In this document: positions 16,795 through 28,559 of the stretch, piece after piece | How the letters are laid out: each line of letters opens with the position of its first letter | Position numbering within the stretch: the first letter of the stretch is position 1 | From: Nitrospinales bacterium | Lineage (GTDB): Bacteria > Nitrospinota > Nitrospinia > Nitrospinales > VA-1 | Length of the DNA: 64,000 bases | Reading direction: 5' to 3' | NCBI GenBank assembly: GCA_965223345.1 | Contig: CBDCWG010000012.1 | Coordinates: 928,001 to 992,000 of the forward strand | Position numbers and translations under genes: made by a program | The notes under the pieces: model-generated | Database searches by the model: none | Told to the model about the DNA's origin: nothing | What the model saw: the letters and a program-made list of their open reading frames with translations, nothing else

Positions 16795-17481
16795 GTGGGG
16801 CAAAAAGTTCATCCTTACGGATTCAGGCTCGGGTTCAACAAAACGTGGACCTCAAACTGGTATGCCCGAAAAGACTACTCGGATTTTCTGGTTGAAGACA
16901 TCAAGCTCAGAAATCATATCATGTCAACGCTGTCGCATGCCGGGATCTCCAAGGTCGAGATCGAGCGGTCGGCGAACCGGGTGCGGATCAACATCCACAC
17001 CGCGCGTCCGGGAATCATCATCGGCAAAAAAGGGCTGGAAGTTGACAAGCTGAAAGAAGAGCTGCAAAAAGTGATGTCCGGCAAGCAGGTCAGCCTCAAC
17101 ATCAAGGAAGTCCGCCGTGGTGAGTTGGATGCGGCGCTGATCGCCCAGAACATCGCCCTGCAGCTGGAAAAACGCGTATCGTTTCGCCGGGCGATGAAAA
17201 AAAGCGTCGTTTCGGCGCTGCGCTTCGGCGCGAAGGGCATCAAGATCCGTGTGTCCGGAAGGCTGGGCGGCGCGGAGATTGCGCGCAGCGAATGGTATCG
17301 CCAGGGGCGGGTTCCCCTGCACACCCTGCGGGCCGACATCGATTACGGAACGGCGCGGTCCAAGACTACCTTCGGCATCATCGGCGTGAAGGTCTGGGTG
17401 TATAAGGGCGACATCCTTCCTGAAAAAGGGGAGTCCAAGCCCGCGACTTTCGCGAAGGACGGCGAGGCGGAAGCGAGCTGA
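16795..17481 (+). CDS. rpsC: 30S ribosomal protein S3
   Basis: [38 protein letters not shown]. Confidence 0.99.
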   Translation: MGQKVHPYGFRLGFNKTWTSNWYARKDYSDFLVEDIKLRNHIMSTLSHAGISKVEIERSANRVRINIHTARPGIIIGKKGLEVDKLKEELQKVMSGKQVSLNIKEVRRGELDAALIAQNIALQLEKRVSFRRAMKKSVVSALRFGAKGIKIRVSGRLGGAEIARSEWYRQGRVPLHTLRADIDYGTARSKTTFGIIGVKVWVYKGDILPEKGESKPATFAKDGEAEAS

Positions 17482-17549
17482 ACAGGCGGGTTCGAGCGAT
17501 GCGTCTCGAATGATTTTGAAATTCTGATTGAACGTGGAGGGCCGGCATC

Positions 17550-17954
17550 ATGTTGATGCCCAAAAAAGTCAAATACCGAAAGCGGCACAAAGGCAAGATG
17601 CGCGGGACCGCGTTTCGCGGCGGGACCCTGAGTTTCGGTTCCTACGGTTTGCAGGCCACCGAGTGCGGCTGGATCACCAACCGGCAGATTGAAGCGGCGC
17701 GTATCGCCATGACCCGGCATGTGAAGCGCGGTGGAAAAATCTGGCTCAGGATTTTTCCTGACAAACCCATCTCCAAAAAGCCCGCCGAGACCCGCATGGG
17801 GAAGGGCAAGGGGAATCCCGAGTTCTGGGTGTGCGTGATCAAACCGGGCCGGGTTTTGTACGAAATGGAAGGTGTGCCCGAAGACATCGCCAAAGAAGCG
17901 TTCCGGCTGGCGGCGCACAAGCTTCCCCTCGGCACCCGTTTCATCACAAAATGA
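17550..17954 (+). CDS. rplP: 50S ribosomal protein L16
   Basis: [32 protein letters not shown]. Confidence 0.99.
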   Translation: MLMPKKVKYRKRHKGKMRGTAFRGGTLSFGSYGLQATECGWITNRQIEAARIAMTRHVKRGGKIWLRIFPDKPISKKPAETRMGKGKGNPEFWVCVIKPGRVLYEMEGVPEDIAKEAFRLAAHKLPLGTRFITK

Positions 17955-17976
17955 CCGAATGGAGTGAATGCTGTCA

Positions 17977-18207
17977 ATGAAAGCCAGTGAGATCCGGGAT
18001 CTCTCGGACAAGGAAAAAGAGGAAAAGGTGGCGGACCTGCAACAGGAGTACTTCAACCTGAGGTTTCAGCTCGCCACCGGCAAGATCGAAAACCCGAGTC
18101 GGCTGCGGCTCATCCGCAGGGACATCGCCCGGATCAAGACGATTCAAAACGAGATCCAGGCCGGAGGCGCAAGCGATGCCGGTGCGGATTTGGGTTCCAA
18201 TGACTAA
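17977..18207 (+). CDS. rpmC: 50S ribosomal protein L29 (short acidic C-terminal tail)
   Basis: [29 protein letters not shown]. Confidence 0.96.
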   Translation: MKASEIRDLSDKEKEEKVADLQQEYFNLRFQLATGKIENPSRLRLIRRDIARIKTIQNEIQAGGASDAGADLGSND

Positions 18208-18245
18208 CCGGCCGAAGGCCACTGAATTGAATTGAGGAGAGCCTG

Positions 18246-18527
18246 TTGGAACGTGCGCTGAAACGAAAGACGCTGACGGGAACCGTGATCAGCAACAAGA
18301 TGGATAAGACGGTGGTGGTGGAAGTGCGCAGACGCTTCACCCATCCCAAGTTTAAAAAAGTGATCACCACGACGTCCAAGTACATGGTTCACGACGAAAA
18401 GAACCAGTGCAATCCCGGAGATTTCATCAGCGTGTGTGAGACTCGGCCGCTCAGCAAAAACAAACGCTGGCGGTTGATCGAAGTCATCAAACCGGCTCTT
18501 CTACCAGAGGCAGGGAGCGCGAAATGA
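18246..18527 (+). CDS. rpsQ: 30S ribosomal protein S17
   Basis: [28 protein letters not shown] start after GAGGAG. Confidence 0.97.
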   Translation: MERALKRKTLTGTVISNKMDKTVVVEVRRRFTHPKFKKVITTTSKYMVHDEKNQCNPGDFISVCETRPLSKNKRWRLIEVIKPALLPEAGSAK

Positions 18528-18892
18528 TTCAACTGAGAACCGTGCTGGATGTTGCGGACAATTCCGGCGCCAAAACCGTGCAGTGCATCAAAGTGCTTGG
18601 CGGATCGCGGCGGCGCTACGCCCGGGTCGGGGACATCATCGTGGTGGCGCTCAAGGAAGTGGAGCCGCACGGCACGCTTAAAAAAGGTGACGTGAAAAAA
18701 GCGGTGGTGGTGCGCACCCGCAAAGAGATACGCAGAAGCGAGGGCAGCTACATCAAGTTCGACACCAACGCGGCGGTGCTCATCAACGACACCAAGGAGC
18801 CCTTAGGCACGCGTATTTTCGGGCCGGTTGCGCGCGAGCTGCGCGCCAAGCGTTACATGAAGATCCTTTCCCTCGCCCCGGAGGTGCTGTGA
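18524..18892 (+). CDS. rplN: 50S ribosomal protein L14
   Basis: [28 protein letters not shown]. Confidence 0.99.
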   Translation: MIQLRTVLDVADNSGAKTVQCIKVLGGSRRRYARVGDIIVVALKEVEPHGTLKKGDVKKAVVVRTRKEIRRSEGSYIKFDTNAAVLINDTKEPLGTRIFGPVARELRAKRYMKILSLAPEVL

Positions 18893-19230
18893 TGGCAAGC
18901 GCAACCGGCAAGATCGGGCTTAAAAAAGACGACATCGTCGAGGTCATCTCCGGAAGGGAGAAAGGCAAAAAAGGAAAGATCCTTTCGCTGTTGCCCGATG
19001 AGGCTTCCGTGAAAGTGGAAAAGCTCAACATGTACAAGCGGCACATGAAAGGCGACGGCAAAACCCGTCAGGCGGGCATCGTTGAGCAGGAAGGCAAAAT
19101 ACACATCTCCAACGTGCTGCTGGTGTGCGACAAATGCGGCAAAGGCGTGCGCACCAAACGAAAAACACTCGAAGATGGAAAACGCGTCCGCACGTGTTCC
19201 AAATGCGGCGAAGTGATCGATAAGGTTTGA
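18892..19230 (+). CDS. rplX: 50S ribosomal protein L24 (with C-terminal CxxC...CxxC)
   Basis: KOW motif [24 protein letters not shown]. Confidence 0.97.
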   Translation: MASATGKIGLKKDDIVEVISGREKGKKGKILSLLPDEASVKVEKLNMYKRHMKGDGKTRQAGIVEQEGKIHISNVLLVCDKCGKGVRTKRKTLEDGKRVRTCSKCGEVIDKV

Positions 19231-19231
19231 C

Positions 19232-19771
19232 ATGGCCAATCTGAAAGCAGCCTACAAAGACAAATACCGCGCTCTCATTCAAAAAGAGCTGGGCCTTGAG
19301 AACGTGATGGAAGTTCCTCGCATGGAAAAGATCGTCGTCAACATGGGACTGGGCGAGGCGCTGCAGAATGCGAAATTGATCGATTCGGGCATCGATCAGC
19401 TCAGGATCATCACCGGGCAGCAACCGGTGATCACCAAAGCGAAGAAAGCCATCTCCAATTTCAAGTTGCGGGAAGGCGTGCCGATCGGCCTTCGGGTCAC
19501 GCTGCGCGGCAACCGCATGTACGAATTTTTCGAGCGCTTCGTTTCGTTTGCACTGCCTCGGGTTCGGGATTTCAAGGGACTTTCGCCCAAGGCGTTCGAC
19601 GGGCGTGGCAATTACACAGTGGGCTTGAAAGAGCAGTTGATCTTTCCTGAAATCAATTTCGACAAAATCGAAAAGATCAAGGGAATGAACATCACCATCT
19701 GCACGACCGCACGGTCGGATGAGGAAGGCAAATGCCTGCTGACCCACATGGGTCTGCCTCTCAGAAAATAA
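19232..19771 (+). CDS. rplE: 50S ribosomal protein L5
   Basis: [31 protein letters not shown]. Confidence 0.99.
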   Translation: MANLKAAYKDKYRALIQKELGLENVMEVPRMEKIVVNMGLGEALQNAKLIDSGIDQLRIITGQQPVITKAKKAISNFKLREGVPIGLRVTLRGNRMYEFFERFVSFALPRVRDFKGLSPKAFDGRGNYTVGLKEQLIFPEINFDKIEKIKGMNITICTTARSDEEGKCLLTHMGLPLRK

Positions 19772-19797
19772 CGTTGGATTAAAATACGGAATTTGTA

Positions 19798-19983
19798 ATG
19801 GCAAAAAAATCATTGATCGCCAAATCGCAGAGAAAGCAGAAGTTCGCAGTGCGGACCTACAACCGGTGCCGCGTTTGCGGGCGGCCGCGCGGGTTCCTCC
19901 GCAAGTTCGGAATGTGCCGCATCTGTTTTCGCGAGCGGGCGCTTCGCGGTGAAATACCGGGCGTCACCAAAGCGAGCTGGTGA
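19798..19983 (+). CDS. rpsN: 30S ribosomal protein S14, zinc-binding (type Z)
   Basis: 61 aa, RCRVCGRPR...GMCRICFRE. Confidence 0.98.
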   Translation: MAKKSLIAKSQRKQKFAVRTYNRCRVCGRPRGFLRKFGMCRICFRERALRGEIPGVTKASW

Positions 19984-20012
19984 TCTCTCTTTTTCTTGAA
20001 TAGGAATTTTCT

Positions 20013-20408
20013 ATGTCGATGACCGATCCCATAGCGGATCTTTTCACACGGATTCGAAACAGTCTCATGGTCCGTCAGGATAAAATGGATCTGCCCAATT
20101 CCAGAATGAAGGCGCGTATCGTCGAGATTCTGAAGGAAGAGGGGTACATCAAGAATTTTCGTGTCTACGAGGACAACAAGCAGGGCATCCTGAGGATTTA
20201 TCACAAGTATAAAAACGACGATCCCGTCATCCAGGGCATCAAGCGAGTCAGCCGGCCCGGCCGGCGCGCTTACGTGGGACGGGATGAAATCCCGAAAGTG
20301 CTCAACGGTCTGGGGACCGCCATCATTTCGACTTCTTCCGGTGTGCTCACCGATCAGGAATGCCGCAAAAACGGCATCGGCGGTGAAGTCATCGGATACG
20401 TTTGGTGA
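20013..20408 (+). CDS. rpsH: 30S ribosomal protein S8
   Basis: [31 protein letters not shown]. Confidence 0.99.
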   Translation: MSMTDPIADLFTRIRNSLMVRQDKMDLPNSRMKARIVEILKEEGYIKNFRVYEDNKQGILRIYHKYKNDDPVIQGIKRVSRPGRRAYVGRDEIPKVLNGLGTAIISTSSGVLTDQECRKNGIGGEVIGYVW

Positions 20409-20412
20409 CCAC

Positions 20413-20964
20413 ATGTCGAGAATAGGAAAGCTTCCGATCAAGATCCCTTCCGGGGTGGATTGCAAAACCGAAGGGCTCGCCTTCAAGGTCAAGGGACCGA
20501 AGGGGCAGCTCGAACACACCCTGCATCCGAACATGAAGCTGGAAATGGCCGACGGGGAGATCCGGGTGATCCGGCCTTCCGACGGCAGGACGGACCGGTC
20601 GCTGCACGGTCTCACCCGCAGCCTGATCAACAACATGGTCACCGGTGTGACGAACGGGTTTTCCAAGCAGCTCAATGTGGTCGGGGTCGGTTACCGGGTG
20701 GAGCTCAAGGGAAAGAACCTGGTGCTCAACCTGGGATACTCGCATCCCATCGAGTACCCCGCTCCGCAGGGCGTGGAGTTTGAAGTCGATTCCAAGAAAA
20801 ACACCATCGTGGTGAAAGGGATCGACAAGCAAAAGGTGGGGCAGGCCGCCGCGGAGATCCGCGAGTTCAGGCCGCCGGAACCTTACAAGGGCAAGGGAGT
20901 CATGTATTCCACCGAACGGATTCGCCGAAAAGCGGGCAAAGCCGCAGCAGGAGCCAAGAGCTGA
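20413..20964 (+). CDS. rplF: 50S ribosomal protein L6
   Basis: [27 protein letters not shown]. Confidence 0.99.
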   Translation: MSRIGKLPIKIPSGVDCKTEGLAFKVKGPKGQLEHTLHPNMKLEMADGEIRVIRPSDGRTDRSLHGLTRSLINNMVTGVTNGFSKQLNVVGVGYRVELKGKNLVLNLGYSHPIEYPAPQGVEFEVDSKKNTIVVKGIDKQKVGQAAAEIREFRPPEPYKGKGVMYSTERIRRKAGKAAAGAKS

Positions 20965-20966
20965 TC

Positions 20967-21332
20967 ATGAAACAATCGGAAAGACAGCGTTTGCGGGAGA
21001 GACGGAAAAAGAGCGTGAAAGGACGGGTCCAGAGAAATACCGAACGGCCGCGGCTCACCGTGTTCAAAAGCCTCAATCACATTTACGCCCAGATCATCGA
21101 CGACAAGCAAGGCAAGACGCTCGTTTCGGCGTCCACCCTCACCGCGGCGTTCAAGGAGAAGATGAAAACCGGCGGCAATGTGGAAGCGGCGAAGCTGGTC
21201 GGCAGCCTGATCGGCGAGCAGGCCACGCAAAAAGGCATCAAGCAGGTCTACTACGACCGCAACGGTTTCAAGTACACAGGCAGGATTCGCGCACTGGCGG
21301 ATGCGGTGCGGGAAAAAGGAGTGCAATTTTAA
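20967..21332 (+). CDS. rplR: 50S ribosomal protein L18
   Basis: [30 protein letters not shown]. Confidence 0.98.
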   Translation: MKQSERQRLRERRKKSVKGRVQRNTERPRLTVFKSLNHIYAQIIDDKQGKTLVSASTLTAAFKEKMKTGGNVEAAKLVGSLIGEQATQKGIKQVYYDRNGFKYTGRIRALADAVREKGVQF

Positions 21333-21386
21333 TCGCGGCCGACCCCGGGTTGAGCCGAACGAACAGGATGTGGACGGGAGGGTTCA

Positions 21387-21896
21387 TTGCAAGAATCACG
21401 GTATGACAGCGGCAAACAGGAACTGGTTGACAAGGTCGTCCGGATCAACCGCGTGGCCAAGGTGGTCAAAGGCGGCCGGCGGTTCAGTTTCAGCGCCCTG
21501 GTCGTGGTGGGAAACCGCGAAGGGGAAGTCGGCTGGGGACTGGGCAAGGCCAACGAGGTTCCGGAAGCCATCCGCAAAGGTGTGGAAAAGGCCAAAAAGA
21601 GCATGGTGCGCGTCCGTCTCGACGGTTCCACGATCCCGCATGAGGTGATCGGCGCTTACGGTGCGGGCCGGGTGCTTTTGAAACCCGCTTCGCGCGGAAC
21701 CGGGTTGATCGCAGGCGGCGCAGTGCGTGCGGTGCTGGAAGCGGTGGGCGTGCGCGACATCCTCACCAAATGCCTGCGCACCAACAACCCGCACAATGTG
21801 GTGAAAGCCACCATTCAGGGATTGCAGTCCCTGCACGATGCGAAACAGTTTTCCGCGATGCGCGGCAAACAGGTTCAAGCTACTTCAGCGGAATGA
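21387..21896 (+). CDS. rpsE: 30S ribosomal protein S5
   Basis: [37 protein letters not shown] start after GGGAGGG. Confidence 0.98.
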   Translation: MQESRYDSGKQELVDKVVRINRVAKVVKGGRRFSFSALVVVGNREGEVGWGLGKANEVPEAIRKGVEKAKKSMVRVRLDGSTIPHEVIGAYGAGRVLLKPASRGTGLIAGGAVRAVLEAVGVRDILTKCLRTNNPHNVVKATIQGLQSLHDAKQFSAMRGKQVQATSAE

Positions 21897-21900
21897 AACG

Positions 21901-22341
21901 ATGATCACTTTGTCCAATTTGAAAGCGGCGCCGGGCGTTAAGAAAAACCGGAAGCGCATCGGGCGCGGCATCGGTTCGGGAACGGGAAAGACCAGCGGCA
22001 AAGGCCAGAAAGGCCAGAAAAGCCGGTCCGGAGGCAATCCGCATCCCTGGTTTGAGGGCGGACAGATGCCTTTGCAGCGGCGGCTGCCGAAACGCGGTTT
22101 CCACAATATTTTCAAAACCCATTATGAAATCGTCAACCTCGGCCAACTGGAAAAAGTCCCGAAGGATCAGCCGATCACCGCAGAGGTGCTGCAAAAGCAG
22201 GGGCTGATCCGCAAGAAGGGCAAGCTGAAAGTTCTGGGGCATGGGGAATTGACCCAGGCTGTGACGATCCATGCCGCGAAATTCAGCAAGTCCGCCATGG
22301 AAAAAATTGAAAAGTCTGGAGGAAAGGCCGTAATCGACTAA
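21901..22341 (+). CDS. rplO: 50S ribosomal protein L15
   Basis: RIGRGIGSGTGKTSGKGQKGQKSR, FEGGQMPLQRRLPKRGF. Confidence 0.99.
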   Translation: MITLSNLKAAPGVKKNRKRIGRGIGSGTGKTSGKGQKGQKSRSGGNPHPWFEGGQMPLQRRLPKRGFHNIFKTHYEIVNLGQLEKVPKDQPITAEVLQKQGLIRKKGKLKVLGHGELTQAVTIHAAKFSKSAMEKIEKSGGKAVID

Positions 22342-23658
22342 ATGAGTGGCGCGCAAGCTTTTGGCAATATATTCAGAGTTCCTGAGCTCAAGCGGAGAGT
22401 CTTTTTCACTCTGGGAATTCTCGTTGTCTACCGGATAGGCGCGCACATTCCCACTCCCGGCATCGATTCGAATGCCCTGGCCGAGTTGTTCGCCATGGCG
22501 CAGGGAACGATTCTCGGTTTTTTCAACATGTTCTCGGGCGGGGCGTTGAGCCGCCTTTCCATCTTCGCCCTGGGCATCATGCCCTACATCAGCGCATCCA
22601 TCATCCTGCAGCTGATGACGATCGTCTCGCCGTATCTGGCGCGTCTGAAGAAAGAGGGCGAGCAGGGGCAGAAGAAGATCACGCAGTACACGCGTTACGG
22701 AACCATCGGACTCAGCCTGATCCAGGGATCGGGCATCGCCGTGGGACTGGAAGCGATGCGCAGCCCGGCCGGCAGCCTCATCGTTCCGACTCCCGGCTGG
22801 TCTTTCCGGTTGATGGCGGTGTTGACGCTCACGGCCGGCACGGCGTTTTTGATGTGGCTGGGTGAGCAGATCACGGAACGCGGCATCGGCAACGGCATCT
22901 CGCTGATCATTTTTGCAGGCATCGTCGCGGGAACCCCCGCCGCGATTTTCCAGTCGATGGATCTGATGGGCACGGGCGAGCTGTCCGTTCTCGTGATGTT
23001 GTTCCTGATCGTTTTGATGATCGCGGTGGTCGGTGCCATCGTTTTCACGGAAGGCGGGCAACGGCGGATTCCGATCCAGTATGCGAAGCGCATGGTCGGA
23101 AGGAAGATGTACGGCGGGCAGAGCACGCATCTGCCGCTCAAGGTCAACACCTCGGGCGTCATTCCGCCGATCTTCGCATCGTCGATCATCATGTTTCCGG
23201 CGACCATCGCGCAGTTCATCAGCCATCCCTGGATGCAGACGGTGTCCGGCTGGCTGACGCCGGGGACGATCATTTACAGCCTGTTGTTCATCGGCGCGAT
23301 CTTTTTCTTTTGTTATTTTTACACGGCGGTCATTTTCAACCCCGTGGACGTTGCGGACAACATGAAAAAGCACGGAGGTTACATTCCGGGTATCCGCCCC
23401 GGCGCGAAGACTTCCGAGTACATCGATCAGATCCTTTCCAGGATCACGTTTTATGGAGCGTGCTATCTTTCTTTGGTCTGCATATTGCCGGATTATTTGA
23501 TAAAATATTTCAACATTCCATTTTATTTTGGTGGGACCAGCCTGTTGATCGTTGTGGGTGTGTCTCTGGACACCATGCAGCAAATCGAATCCCACCTCGT
23601 CATGAGAAATTACGACGGTTTCGTGAAGAAGGGAAGGTTGAAGGGCCGCCGAGGCTGA
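22342..23658 (+). CDS. secY: Preprotein translocase subunit SecY
   Basis: SIFALGIMPYISASII, WLGEQITERGIGNGISL, GGTSLLIVVGV. Confidence 0.99.
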   Translation: MSGAQAFGNIFRVPELKRRVFFTLGILVVYRIGAHIPTPGIDSNALAELFAMAQGTILGFFNMFSGGALSRLSIFALGIMPYISASIILQLMTIVSPYLARLKKEGEQGQKKITQYTRYGTIGLSLIQGSGIAVGLEAMRSPAGSLIVPTPGWSFRLMAVLTLTAGTAFLMWLGEQITERGIGNGISLIIFAGIVAGTPAAIFQSMDLMGTGELSVLVMLFLIVLMIAVVGAIVFTEGGQRRIPIQYAKRMVGRKMYGGQSTHLPLKVNTSGVIPPIFASSIIMFPATIAQFISHPWMQTVSGWLTPGTIIYSLLFIGAIFFFCYFYTAVIFNPVDVADNMKKHGGYIPGIRPGAKTSEYIDQILSRITFYGACYLSLVCILPDYLIKYFNIPFYFGGTSLLIVVGVSLDTMQQIESHLVMRNYDGFVKKGRLKGRRG

Positions 23659-23661
23659 TCC

Positions 23662-24303
23662 ATGAGGTTGATTTTATTAGGGCCGCCGGGTGCAGGGAAA
23701 GGCACTCAGGCGAAGATGCTGAAAGAGAAGTTTCGCATTCCCCAGATCTCCACCGGGGACATTCTGAGGAATGCGGTGAAAAACGGCACCCCGCTGGGGG
23801 CCAAGGCCAAATCGTTCATGGATGCGGGCAGACTGGTCCCCGACGATGTGGTGATCGAACTGATTAAGGAACGCATCCGCGATGCGGATTGCAAGGACGG
23901 TTTCATTCTCGATGGGTTTCCACGCACCATCGTGCAGGCGGAGAAACTTTCCGAAACCGTGCGGGATATGGGGCTCAGCATCGACACGGTGATCGATTTT
24001 GAGGTCGATCCGGATGTGTTGATCACCCGGCTGACCGGCAGAAGCACCTGCCCCAATTGCGGGGCCATGTTTCACGAAGAGAGCCGCCCGCCGAAAAAAA
24101 AAGGCGTGTGCGATTTTTGCGGCGAGAAGTTGTACCAGCGGCCCGATGACAATAAAGACACGATACTCAAAAGGCTTGAGGTTTACGAAAAGGAAACCGC
24201 TCCGTTGAAGGATTTTTACAAAAAACAGGGGAACCTCAAGACCCTGGAAGGACGAGGATCGGCGGAGGCTATTTTTTCCCAGGTTTGTTCTATGGTGTCC
24301 TGA
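23662..24303 (+). CDS. adk: Adenylate kinase (zinc-binding LID)
   Basis: [28 protein letters not shown]...CDFC LID. Confidence 0.98.
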   Translation: MRLILLGPPGAGKGTQAKMLKEKFRIPQISTGDILRNAVKNGTPLGAKAKSFMDAGRLVPDDVVIELIKERIRDADCKDGFILDGFPRTIVQAEKLSETVRDMGLSIDTVIDFEVDPDVLITRLTGRSTCPNCGAMFHEESRPPKKKGVCDFCGEKLYQRPDDNKDTILKRLEVYEKETAPLKDFYKKQGNLKTLEGRGSAEAIFSQVCSMVS

Positions 24304-24305
24304 AT

Positions 24306-24524
24306 ATGTCAAAAGAAGAATCCATTGAAGTCGAAGGAACGGTGCTGGAGCCCCTCCCCAATGCCATGTTCCGGGTGGAGCTTGAAAACGGCCATAAAAT
24401 TCTGGCCCACATTTCTGGAAAGATGCGGCTGCATTTCATCCGCATCCTGTCGGGGGACAAGGTGAAAGTGCAGCTTTCACCGTACGACCTCACACGGGGC
24501 CGCATCACGTACCGTTATAAGTAG
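24306..24524 (+). CDS. infA: Translation initiation factor IF-1
   Basis: [38 protein letters not shown]. Confidence 0.99.
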   Translation: MSKEESIEVEGTVLEPLPNAMFRVELENGHKILAHISGKMRLHFIRILSGDKVKVQLSPYDLTRGRITYRYK

Positions 24525-24579
24525 GAGCCCAATCGTTCGGGTTCTGGAGTGTGTTAAAAATTCGCACGGGTTTAGAAAA

Positions 24580-24693
24580 ATGAAAGTCAGATCTTCAGTC
24601 AAACCGATTTGCATGAAATGTAAAGTGATACGAAGGCGCGGCGTGGTGCGCGTGATCTGCGAGAACCCCAAGCACAAACAGCGCCAGGGATGA
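24580..24693 (+). CDS. rpmJ: 50S ribosomal protein L36 (zinc-binding; too short for the ORF track)
   Basis: Hand translation: [37 protein letters not shown]. Confidence 0.97.
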   Translation: MKVRSSVKPICMKCKVIRRRGVVRVICENPKHKQRQG

Positions 24694-24753
24694 ACGCCGA
24701 AGCATTTGGTTTCGGCTTTATGATCGATTTTGTGAAAACCTGAAGGAGAAACG

Positions 24754-25128
24754 GTGGCACGCATTGCGGGAGTTGACATTCCAAGAGACAAGCGGGCTGT
24801 GATCGCGTTGACCTATATCTACGGTATCGGCAAATCCACGGCAGGCGACATTCTGAAAAAAGCCGAGGTCTCGCACGAGATCCGGATGAAAGATCTGACC
24901 GAAGATGAGGTTTCGCGGATCCGTTCCATCATCGACAAGGAATACGAGGTGGAAGGGGATCTCAGGCGCGATCTGAACATGAGCATCAAACGATTGATGG
25001 ACATCGGCAGTTACCGCGGGCTCAGGCATCGCAAAGGCCTGCCGGTGCGCGGACAGCGTTCGCACACCAACGCCCGCACCCGCAAGGGGCCGAAAAAGAC
25101 GGTGGGCTCACGGGCTGCGAAAAAATAA
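24754..25128 (+). CDS. rpsM: 30S ribosomal protein S13
   Basis: [30 protein letters not shown]. Confidence 0.99.
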   Translation: MARIAGVDIPRDKRAVIALTYIYGIGKSTAGDILKKAEVSHEIRMKDLTEDEVSRIRSIIDKEYEVEGDLRRDLNMSIKRLMDIGSYRGLRHRKGLPVRGQRSHTNARTRKGPKKTVGSRAAKK

Positions 25129-25147
25129 CCTTTGAGGAAATCCATTC

Positions 25148-25543
25148 ATGGAAAAAGGCAAGCCGGGTAAATCCGGAAAGAAGAAACAAAAGAGCGCCCC
25201 TGAAACCGGGGTCGCCCATATCCAGGCGACGTTCAACAACACCATCGTCACCATCAGCGACACGTCCGGAAACGTCATCGCCTGGTCGAGCGCCGGGGCT
25301 CAGGGCTTCAAGGGGTCCCGCAAAAGCACTCCGTTCGCCGCCCAGGTGGCCGCCGACAAGGTGGCGCAGAAAGCCAAGGACATGGGCATGCGAAAACTGG
25401 AAGTGCACGTGAAAGGCCCCGGTTCCGGCCGGGAATCCGCCATCCGTTCTTTGCAGGCGGCGGGGATGGAGATCATCGTGATCCGCGACAAGACCCCCAT
25501 TCCGCACAACGGCTGCCGGCCCAGGAAGCGGCGAAGAGTTTAA
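25148..25543 (+). CDS. rpsK: 30S ribosomal protein S11
   Basis: [32 protein letters not shown]. Confidence 0.99.
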   Translation: MEKGKPGKSGKKKQKSAPETGVAHIQATFNNTIVTISDTSGNVIAWSSAGAQGFKGSRKSTPFAAQVAADKVAQKAKDMGMRKLEVHVKGPGSGRESAIRSLQAAGMEIIVIRDKTPIPHNGCRPRKRRRV

Positions 25544-25578
25544 TCGTTCACCACTAATCGAAAATCGGGAGAAATCAC

Positions 25579-26205
25579 TTGGCAAGGTATACAGGTTCTG
25601 TTTGTCGGTTGTGCCGGAGAGAAGGAATCAAGCTGTTCTTGAAAGGGTCGCGGTGTGAGTCCGCCAAATGCGCCATCGACAAGCGAGCGTACGTTCCCGG
25701 CCAGCACGGTCAGGGAAGGAAGAAGTTTTCCGAATACGGAGTGCAGCTGCGGGAAAAACAGAAGGTGAAACGCTTTTACGGGGTTCTCGAAAAACAGTTC
25801 CGGATCTATTTCGCCGCCGCCGACCGCAAAAAGGGCGTCACCGGCGAGAACCTGCTGCAGAATCTCGAACTCAGGCTGGACAACGTGGTGTACCGGATGG
25901 GGCTGGGTGCGTCCCGCAATGCAGCGCGGCAGCTGGTCCGGCACAATCATTTCACCGTCAACGGCAAACGGGTCAACATCCCCTCCTATATTTTGAAGCA
26001 GGGCGATGTGATCGCACCGAGCGAACGGAAGTTGAGCAAAGCCCCCATCAAGGCCGCACTGGAAAAGATGAAGGAAAAGACGCTTCCGCACTGGCTTTCA
26101 TTCGATGCCGACAGCAAGCAGGGAATCGTGCAATCGTTGCCGACGCGCGAAGACATTACCATTCCGATCGAAGAGCAGCTGATCGTTGAGCTTTATTCTC
26201 GCTGA
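25579..26205 (+). CDS. rpsD: 30S ribosomal protein S4 (Cys-containing N-terminus)
   Basis: [40 protein letters not shown]. Confidence 0.99.
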   Translation: MARYTGSVCRLCRREGIKLFLKGSRCESAKCAIDKRAYVPGQHGQGRKKFSEYGVQLREKQKVKRFYGVLEKQFRIYFAAADRKKGVTGENLLQNLELRLDNVVYRMGLGASRNAARQLVRHNHFTVNGKRVNIPSYILKQGDVIAPSERKLSKAPIKAALEKMKEKTLPHWLSFDADSKQGIVQSLPTREDITIPIEEQLIVELYSR

Positions 26206-26289
26206 CCGCTCTTTTCGTTTTCACCAAGATTTATCGTTAATAATTACATTATTAATGGTTCCTCGATAAAAAAAATCACCGGAGGCTTC

Positions 26290-27318
26290 ATGTTCACAGC
26301 CCAGGGAATTGTCAAACCAAAGCGGTTGGAATTCGATAAGAAAAACAAAACCTCGTTTTATGGAAAATTCGTCGCCGGTCCGTTCGAACGCGGCTACGGC
26401 GTCACGATCGGAAACTCGTTGCGCAGAATGCTGCTTTCCTCCATCGAGGGGGCGGCGATCGTGGGCGTCAAATTCGAAGGCATCTACCATGAGTTTTCAT
26501 CGGTTCCCGGAGTCATCGAAGACGTGACGGAGATCATCCTCAACCTCAAGCAGGTGAACCTGCGGTTGGCAGGTGAGGCGGCGACCAAAAGGATCTACCT
26601 CAACAAGGAAACGCCGGGGAAAGTGACGGCGGCGGATATCACGGCGGATCCCGATGTGCAGATCCTGAATCCGGATCACCACATCGCGACCATCGACCAG
26701 AACGGTTCGCTGAATATGGAGATGATCATCCAGAAAGGGCGCGGCTATGTGCCGGCGGAACGGCAGGGGCTGGAAGACGAATCGGTGCAGATGATCCCGA
26801 TGGATGCGATCTATTCGCCGATCGAAAAGGTCAGCTACCACGTGGAGAACACGCGCGTCGGGCAATCGACCGATTACGATCAGCTGGTCATGGAACTCTG
26901 GACCAACGGGGGCATCACTCCCGACGATGCGGTGGCGCACGCGGCCAAGATCGTCAAGGACCACATGCAGATCTTCATCAATTTCGACGAAGAGCCGGAA
27001 CCGGTGCAGCCGCAGATCGATGAGAAAAAGCAGAAAATGCTGACCAACATGGCCAAATGCGTGGAGGAGTTGGAGCTTTCGGTGCGGTCCTACAATTGTC
27101 TGAAAAACGCCAATATCCAGACGATCGCCGAGCTGGTGCAAAAGACCGATTCGGAGATGCTCAAAACGCGCAATTTCGGCCGCAAATCGCTCAACGAGAT
27201 CAAGGAGATCCTGGAGGACATGGGATTGTACCTTGGCATGAAGGTCGATGAGGAAGATCTGAAACAGATCACGCAGGCGAGAAAGAAAAAGGAAATCGAA
27301 ACGGATATCGTGGGTTGA
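26290..27318 (+). CDS. rpoA: DNA-directed RNA polymerase alpha subunit
   Basis: [38 protein letters not shown]. Confidence 0.99.
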   Translation: MFTAQGIVKPKRLEFDKKNKTSFYGKFVAGPFERGYGVTIGNSLRRMLLSSIEGAAIVGVKFEGIYHEFSSVPGVIEDVTEIILNLKQVNLRLAGEAATKRIYLNKETPGKVTAADITADPDVQILNPDHHIATIDQNGSLNMEMIIQKGRGYVPAERQGLEDESVQMIPMDAIYSPIEKVSYHVENTRVGQSTDYDQLVMELWTNGGITPDDAVAHAAKIVKDHMQIFINFDEEPEPVQPQIDEKKQKMLTNMAKCVEELELSVRSYNCLKNANIQTIAELVQKTDSEMLKTRNFGRKSLNEIKEILEDMGLYLGMKVDEEDLKQITQARKKKEIETDIVG

Positions 27319-27356
27319 TTCCAACCCGCGATCCTTTTTAAGGAAAGACACACCCC

Positions 27357-27944
27357 ATGCGTCATTTGAAAGCCGGTAGAAAATTCGGACGCACGTCCGC
27401 GCACCGCAAAGCCCTGTTTCGCAATCTGGTGACGGCTCTGCTCGAACGGGAGAAGATCCGCACCACGCTCCCTAAAGCCAAAGAGCTGCGCAGCAAGGTG
27501 GAAAAAACCATCACTCTGGGCAAGAAGGGCACGCTGCACGCCCGCCGCCAGGCGTTCAAGAATGTGAACGACAAAGCGGTCGTGCAGAAGCTGTTCGGTC
27601 CTCTGGCGGAGCGCTATGCGAAGCGGAACGGCGGCTACACGCGCATCATCAAACTGGGGAACCGGTTGGGTGACGATGCGCCGATGGCTTTCATCGAGCT
27701 TGTGGGCGAAGACGAACCGAAGGTGAAGGAAACGAAGGCGAAAGCCAAGGCCAAACCGAAGAAGGTTGCCGAGCCGGCCGCCGAAAAGAAAACCGCGAAG
27801 AAGAAGGAACCTGTGGCCAAAGCGCCCGCCGCCAAGGCGAAAAAGGCGGCACCGAAAAAAGCGGAAACCAAGGAAGCGAAAAAGCCCGCCGCAAAACCGA
27901 AAAAAGCGGCTTCCCCGAAAAAGGAAGACAAAGACAAAAAATAG
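27357..27944 (+). CDS. rplQ: 50S ribosomal protein L17 with long Lys/Ala/Pro-rich C-terminal extension
   Basis: [28 protein letters not shown], followed by a low-complexity tail. Confidence 0.98.
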   Translation: MRHLKAGRKFGRTSAHRKALFRNLVTALLEREKIRTTLPKAKELRSKVEKTITLGKKGTLHARRQAFKNVNDKAVVQKLFGPLAERYAKRNGGYTRIIKLGNRLGDDAPMAFIELVGEDEPKVKETKAKAKAKPKKVAEPAAEKKTAKKKEPVAKAPAAKAKKAAPKKAETKEAKKPAAKPKKAASPKKEDKDKK

Positions 27945-27968
27945 TTCTTAAAGTATCAATCCCACCTC

Positions 27969-28004
27969 GACCTTTCGGACGGATTCTCTTCCGAAAGGTC
28001 TTTT
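27969..28004 (+). terminator. Intrinsic terminator at end of ribosomal supercluster
   Basis: GACCTTTCGGA...TCCGAAAGGTC 11-bp stem followed by TTTT. Confidence 0.75.
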
Positions 28005-28139
28005 ACGCCCCACCACGTTTTCAGTTTCGCCCATCCTCGTGCAGACAAACCGGTATTGCTAACAAAAGTTCACCGCGCTTGCGTTTTAGTGAAAAAGCCG
28101 GGCGTTGTCGCCTGGCCGGCGAATGGCAGCGGGGTTTTA

Positions 28140-28559
28140 TCAGCAGTGCACGACGTTCGCCGGAACGCCGGTGGGTTCCTGGGTGAACCGGTAGCTGGTG
28201 TTTTCCTTGATCCAGAGCAACAGCTCGTCGTAGCTTTTGAAATGCTCGGTGAAGCCGTAATCCTCGCCTGTGTATTCGCAGTTTTCGGTGCTGTGTTCGC
28301 GGCACATGTAGGGCCGGTGTTCGTAGATGCCGCATTTGTTGTCGGCGTTCAGGAAATTACAGCGGGTGTGGATCATGATGTACCAGCATTTGCGATAAAT
28401 ATAGATGGACACCTTTTCATGCGCGATTTTCCACAGCAGACTTTCGTAATCTCTGCGGGTTTCCGGTTCGTCGAGCTCGAAGGCGAAATAATTACAACAG
28501 TATGCCGGCAGACATTTTTCGCATTGGCTGGTGTTGTCCCGTTTGCTTTTTGTGGTCAT
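28140..28559 (-). CDS. YkgJ-family cysteine cluster (Fe-S/zinc) protein
   Basis: CEKCLPAYCC ... CNFL...NKCGIYEHRPYMCR pattern; AAGGA SD. Confidence 0.85.
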   Translation of the reverse strand: MTTKSKRDNTSQCEKCLPAYCCNYFAFELDEPETRRDYESLLWKIAHEKVSIYIYRKCWYIMIHTRCNFLNADNKCGIYEHRPYMCREHSTENCEYTGEDYGFTEHFKSYDELLLWIKENTSYRFTQEPTGVPANVVHC

